From positions 1 to 64,000 of the forward strand of contig QPMI01000282.1 of NCBI GenBank assembly GCA_004431415.1: DNA of 64,000 bases, read 5' to 3'. Shown piece by piece: positions 60,912-64,000 of this stretch. Source of the stretch: Cyanophora paradoxa CCMP329 (taxonomy: Eukaryota; Plantae; Glaucophyta). The notes below the pieces were generated by a model that saw only the letters and a list, made by a program, of their open reading frames with translations, was not told the origin of the DNA and made no database searches. The stretch's first letter is position 1. Each line of letters begins with the position of its first letter. The position numbers and the translations under genes were made by a program.

Positions 60912-63900
60912 CTAAGACTTTCCAAAGGCCTGGATGAGGTGGAGGAGAGTGAGCAGATCGCCCCCGGGAGAGGGCCCGGCCGGAGGCGCGGGGGCGGCCG
61001 CGGCCGCAGGGTGCGCGTAGCTATAGACGCTCGCAGCCGGGATCGGAGCTCGATCACGAGGCGGCGGGGCCGCGCCCAGCTGCAGGGGACAGCCGGCAGG
61101 GAAGGAAGGCGGGGCTGGGCAGAAGGCCGGCTCTGGGGCCGCTGCCGGGAAAGCCAGATACGCTGAAGAAGTTGCGGCTGCAGAGGGAGGCTGAGCTGAG
61201 AAGTGGGCTGGCTGCGGCCGCGGGGTGGGGAAGGACGGATCCGGAGATCTAGAGGATGCCCAGGCGGCGGATTCAGCGGGGATCCGGAGGGCGACGTTGG
61301 AGAGGGGCGGGTGGTGGCTCGCGACCGGGGCGGCGGGCCCGGGAAAGGCGCCGCCGAAGATGGGGGCCGGCCATGGACACGCCGACTCGGGCTCGGCGTC
61401 GTCGGTCGGTGCGTATGCGCCGCCGGCGCCGCCATGGCCATACACTGTATCCAGCTTCTGCTTCTTCTCGCCGCCGGTGCGGCCGACGGCCGCGGGCCCG
61501 GGCCCCGGCGGGTCCTGCAGCTGGCCTGCTCGCGATCGGTCATCGGAAAAATTTGCAGTCTGCGTATAGATGTGAAAAAGGCACCTTGCTTGCGCTTTTG
61601 CTGTGCCTGATTCGCCTGTTGCTGCTCCGAGTCGCCCAGCTCGTTGTATCCATGGCCAGTTGCAAGGGTAGCGAGCGCGCTTTGGAGCATCGCGCCAACC
61701 CCCAGTGCTTTCGACAGCGCATGTAAGCTCATCTGCATCGAGAATAGCAAGGATCGGCGTGCAGACTTCGCCAGCGCGCCAGCGAGAGCACTCGACATCG
61801 ATCGCGACGCACCTCAGGAGCTGCTGGCGCCACGCGCCGAAAAACTGCCGTGAGGGTGCTCTGATCGGCAGGCACGCCCGCCACGGCCTGCCGCGCCCGG
61901 AACAGCGTAAATTGCGAGGTTGCAATTGGCAGTCGCACAGCAATTTCGCACCGAATGCCACCAAGAGAAGCATTTGAGAATACGCGAGTGAACGGCGTAA
62001 ACACGGTTCTTGTCAGGAACCGCAGCGAGAAATCCACTGCGCTGCGAAGCTTCGACGACTATTCGCGTGGCGGCTTGCAGGGTGCTCTGCAGCCGCAAAC
62101 AGCGTCAGCTTTGCGCCGACTATGCACATCTAGATCTAGCATCGATGTGTCGCACCTGGAGCTCCTGCGCTGAGGTAGGCGCGCGGGGCATCTCCTGCGC
62201 CAGTGTCTGGCCCCATTCCGATATTTCCTCCTCGGAAGGACTGAAGTACTTCCGAACGAAATCCGAGTCGGGAGGCTGCGACTGCCGCCCACGGCGCCCT
62301 CGTAAACATCTTACAAGGAGAGCATCGAAAGAAAGAATGAAAGAATGTCGTTTATGACGCACGCGTTTGGTCAGAGGCGGGGCGCCGGTTGGAGGCGGGG
62401 CGCCGGATGGGAGGCACGAATTCGAATTCGGCAGCGGAGCGCCGGTTGCGATTTTCGTTCCAGCGTCATGATCAAGGTAGGGAACGCAGTGTACGCCGAA
62501 TTCGGCCATGATTTCCGCATTCACGCACTGCGCAAGCAGGACGATTCAAGCCACAAAAGCTAAGAAATTAAAGTCGCATCATGCACGGATCTAGAAAGCT
62601 CTTCGATCGCGATTCCATTGCAGCCAGTTGCGGACCTGTTTGCCAGTAAGCCGCTTATAGACATCGGCGAGCGTGCTGCTCGGCCCATCCATCCCGCTGA
62701 CGCGCTGTCCATGGCAGCCAAACAGCATGCACAGTTAGAGGCCGTGTCTGGTATTCGAAAAATAGGACGGTTTCACCTCGTGCCAGCGCATGAAACAACC
62801 GGCAATCCAACCGCGAATCTGCGCCTTGCGTGGCCACGGAACCCCGGAGACTGCGTTGTCCCTCTGCACGCGCCGCGACACCGCCCGCGACGCAGCTCGC
62901 ACGGCCGCCTGCGCGCGCGTGCGCATGCGGATCACGGGCTAGACAAAGGAAGCCCCGGCCCGAGGACGGGTCTACAGTTCGAGCCAGGCGGACCGCGAGG
63001 TCGCCCACGTTCTGAGGGGGCCCTAGGCCCCCGAGCTCCCGCAAGACATCTTCCACCTCGTCGCGATCGTCGCCGCCTGCACCGGGCTCGGGACCGGTAC
63101 GCGCCCGCCCGCGCCGCGCCTGGCCAGAGGGTGCCGATCCGGAGGGTTCAGGTGCGGGCGGCGCGGCCGCGGGAAGCGTCGACGCCGCGAGGCCCTCGAC
63201 TGCCTTCGCGAAAATATCGTCGGCGCCGAAGTCGCGCAGGAGATCCGTGTATGGGACCTGCGAATATAATCAGAGAGCCGAGCTCGATGGAACACAGAGC
63301 GGGCACGCGAACCCCCCGCCCCGTCAGCTGGCGGTACACGGCACCCAGCCGGCTGCCATCCCCGACCACGCCAGACGTGTTCTGAAAATACAGTGAACGT
63401 GAGAAAAACTAACGGAAGTGGCGAGCTCTGCGCGCCCGCGTCGGACCTGGTGCCAGCGATGGAAGCACGCGAGGGCCGAGTTGCGCAGGTTCGAGATGCG
63501 ATGCTTGGCCGTAATCTTCGCGAGAAGTCCCTCCCGCACTGCTCGTTCCGACACCAGCCGCGCCGCCGCCCGCATGGCCTCCTGCTAAAGGTGTCAGACA
63601 AGGATACTCAAAGAAAAGGAGATTCTTATGAAAGGCAGACCCCGAGTTCCAGGACAGTCTGCGGGGCGCGCGGCATTTCATTCAGAAGCTGGATCCAGTC
63701 TCGCCCGCGCATGTCACTGTTCTGCTGCTTCTGGTTCGAGCTTGATGGCGCTGCAGCGGCGGCAGAAGCGGCGTAAGTGGCGGAGGGGGCGGCGTCTCTG
63801 CGTTCGAGCTCGCCCACTGTTACGCCGGAGAGCGCGTCGCCCTGCAATCCGCGGCTGGCCGTTTTGCTGCCCAGCAGTCCGGCGGCGGCACGATGGCCAC

Positions 63901-64000
63901 CGGTACCGGCCTCCGAGCCGAAAATCTGCTGCCCGAGCTGGCTATCAGAATCGTTCGTCTGGATGATGGTGCACGTGGCTCCTTCCGTGTTCGCTGCGAT
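60912..64000 (-). CDS. Protein with at least three tandem copies of an unrecognised ~110-aa helical domain and Pro-rich tail (5' end probably outside the window)
   Basis: Three homologous exon sets ending CFHRWHQ, CFMRWHE and CFSWWHS with matching intron positions; last exon ends LLHLIQAFGKS*. Confidence 0.75.

Noticed and set aside
61820-61945. GRF zinc-finger-like CDC...GRPW..C in ORF 60912..61973
   Set aside because: Mostly intron sequence in another frame; the repeat homology defines the real exons.

Overview
GC-rich, intron-dense eukaryotic nuclear DNA. Introns are about 50-120 nt, many with GC donors, and several exons are micro-exons. Plastid transit peptides start with an early Phe (MHAFCAVP, MFVPP), which suggests a glaucophyte-like alga such as Cyanophora (inference only). 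Most ORF-track entries are GC-rich shadow frames; real genes were reassembled by hand across introns, so exon boundaries are approximate. Contents: an about 6-kb inverted duplication of a TPR-like gene enclosing a lower-GC type I membrane protein gene; bZIP-like, GRAM/WBP2-like, two tandem F-box/LRR, PWWP, carotenoid oxygenase, methyltransferase and ribosomal L33 genes; and several hypothetical genes. Three observations stand out. (1) A 5'-truncated, poly(A)-tailed LINE with a 13-bp TSD, whose ORF2 carries an intact C-terminal Ulp1 SUMO-protease domain, nested in a repeat-rich element bounded by inverted hairpin-GTAG ends. (2) A formate/nitrite channel fused to a PAS module in permuted order (PAC before PAS core). 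(3) A protein with at least three copies of an unrecognised ~110-aa domain with conserved intron positions.
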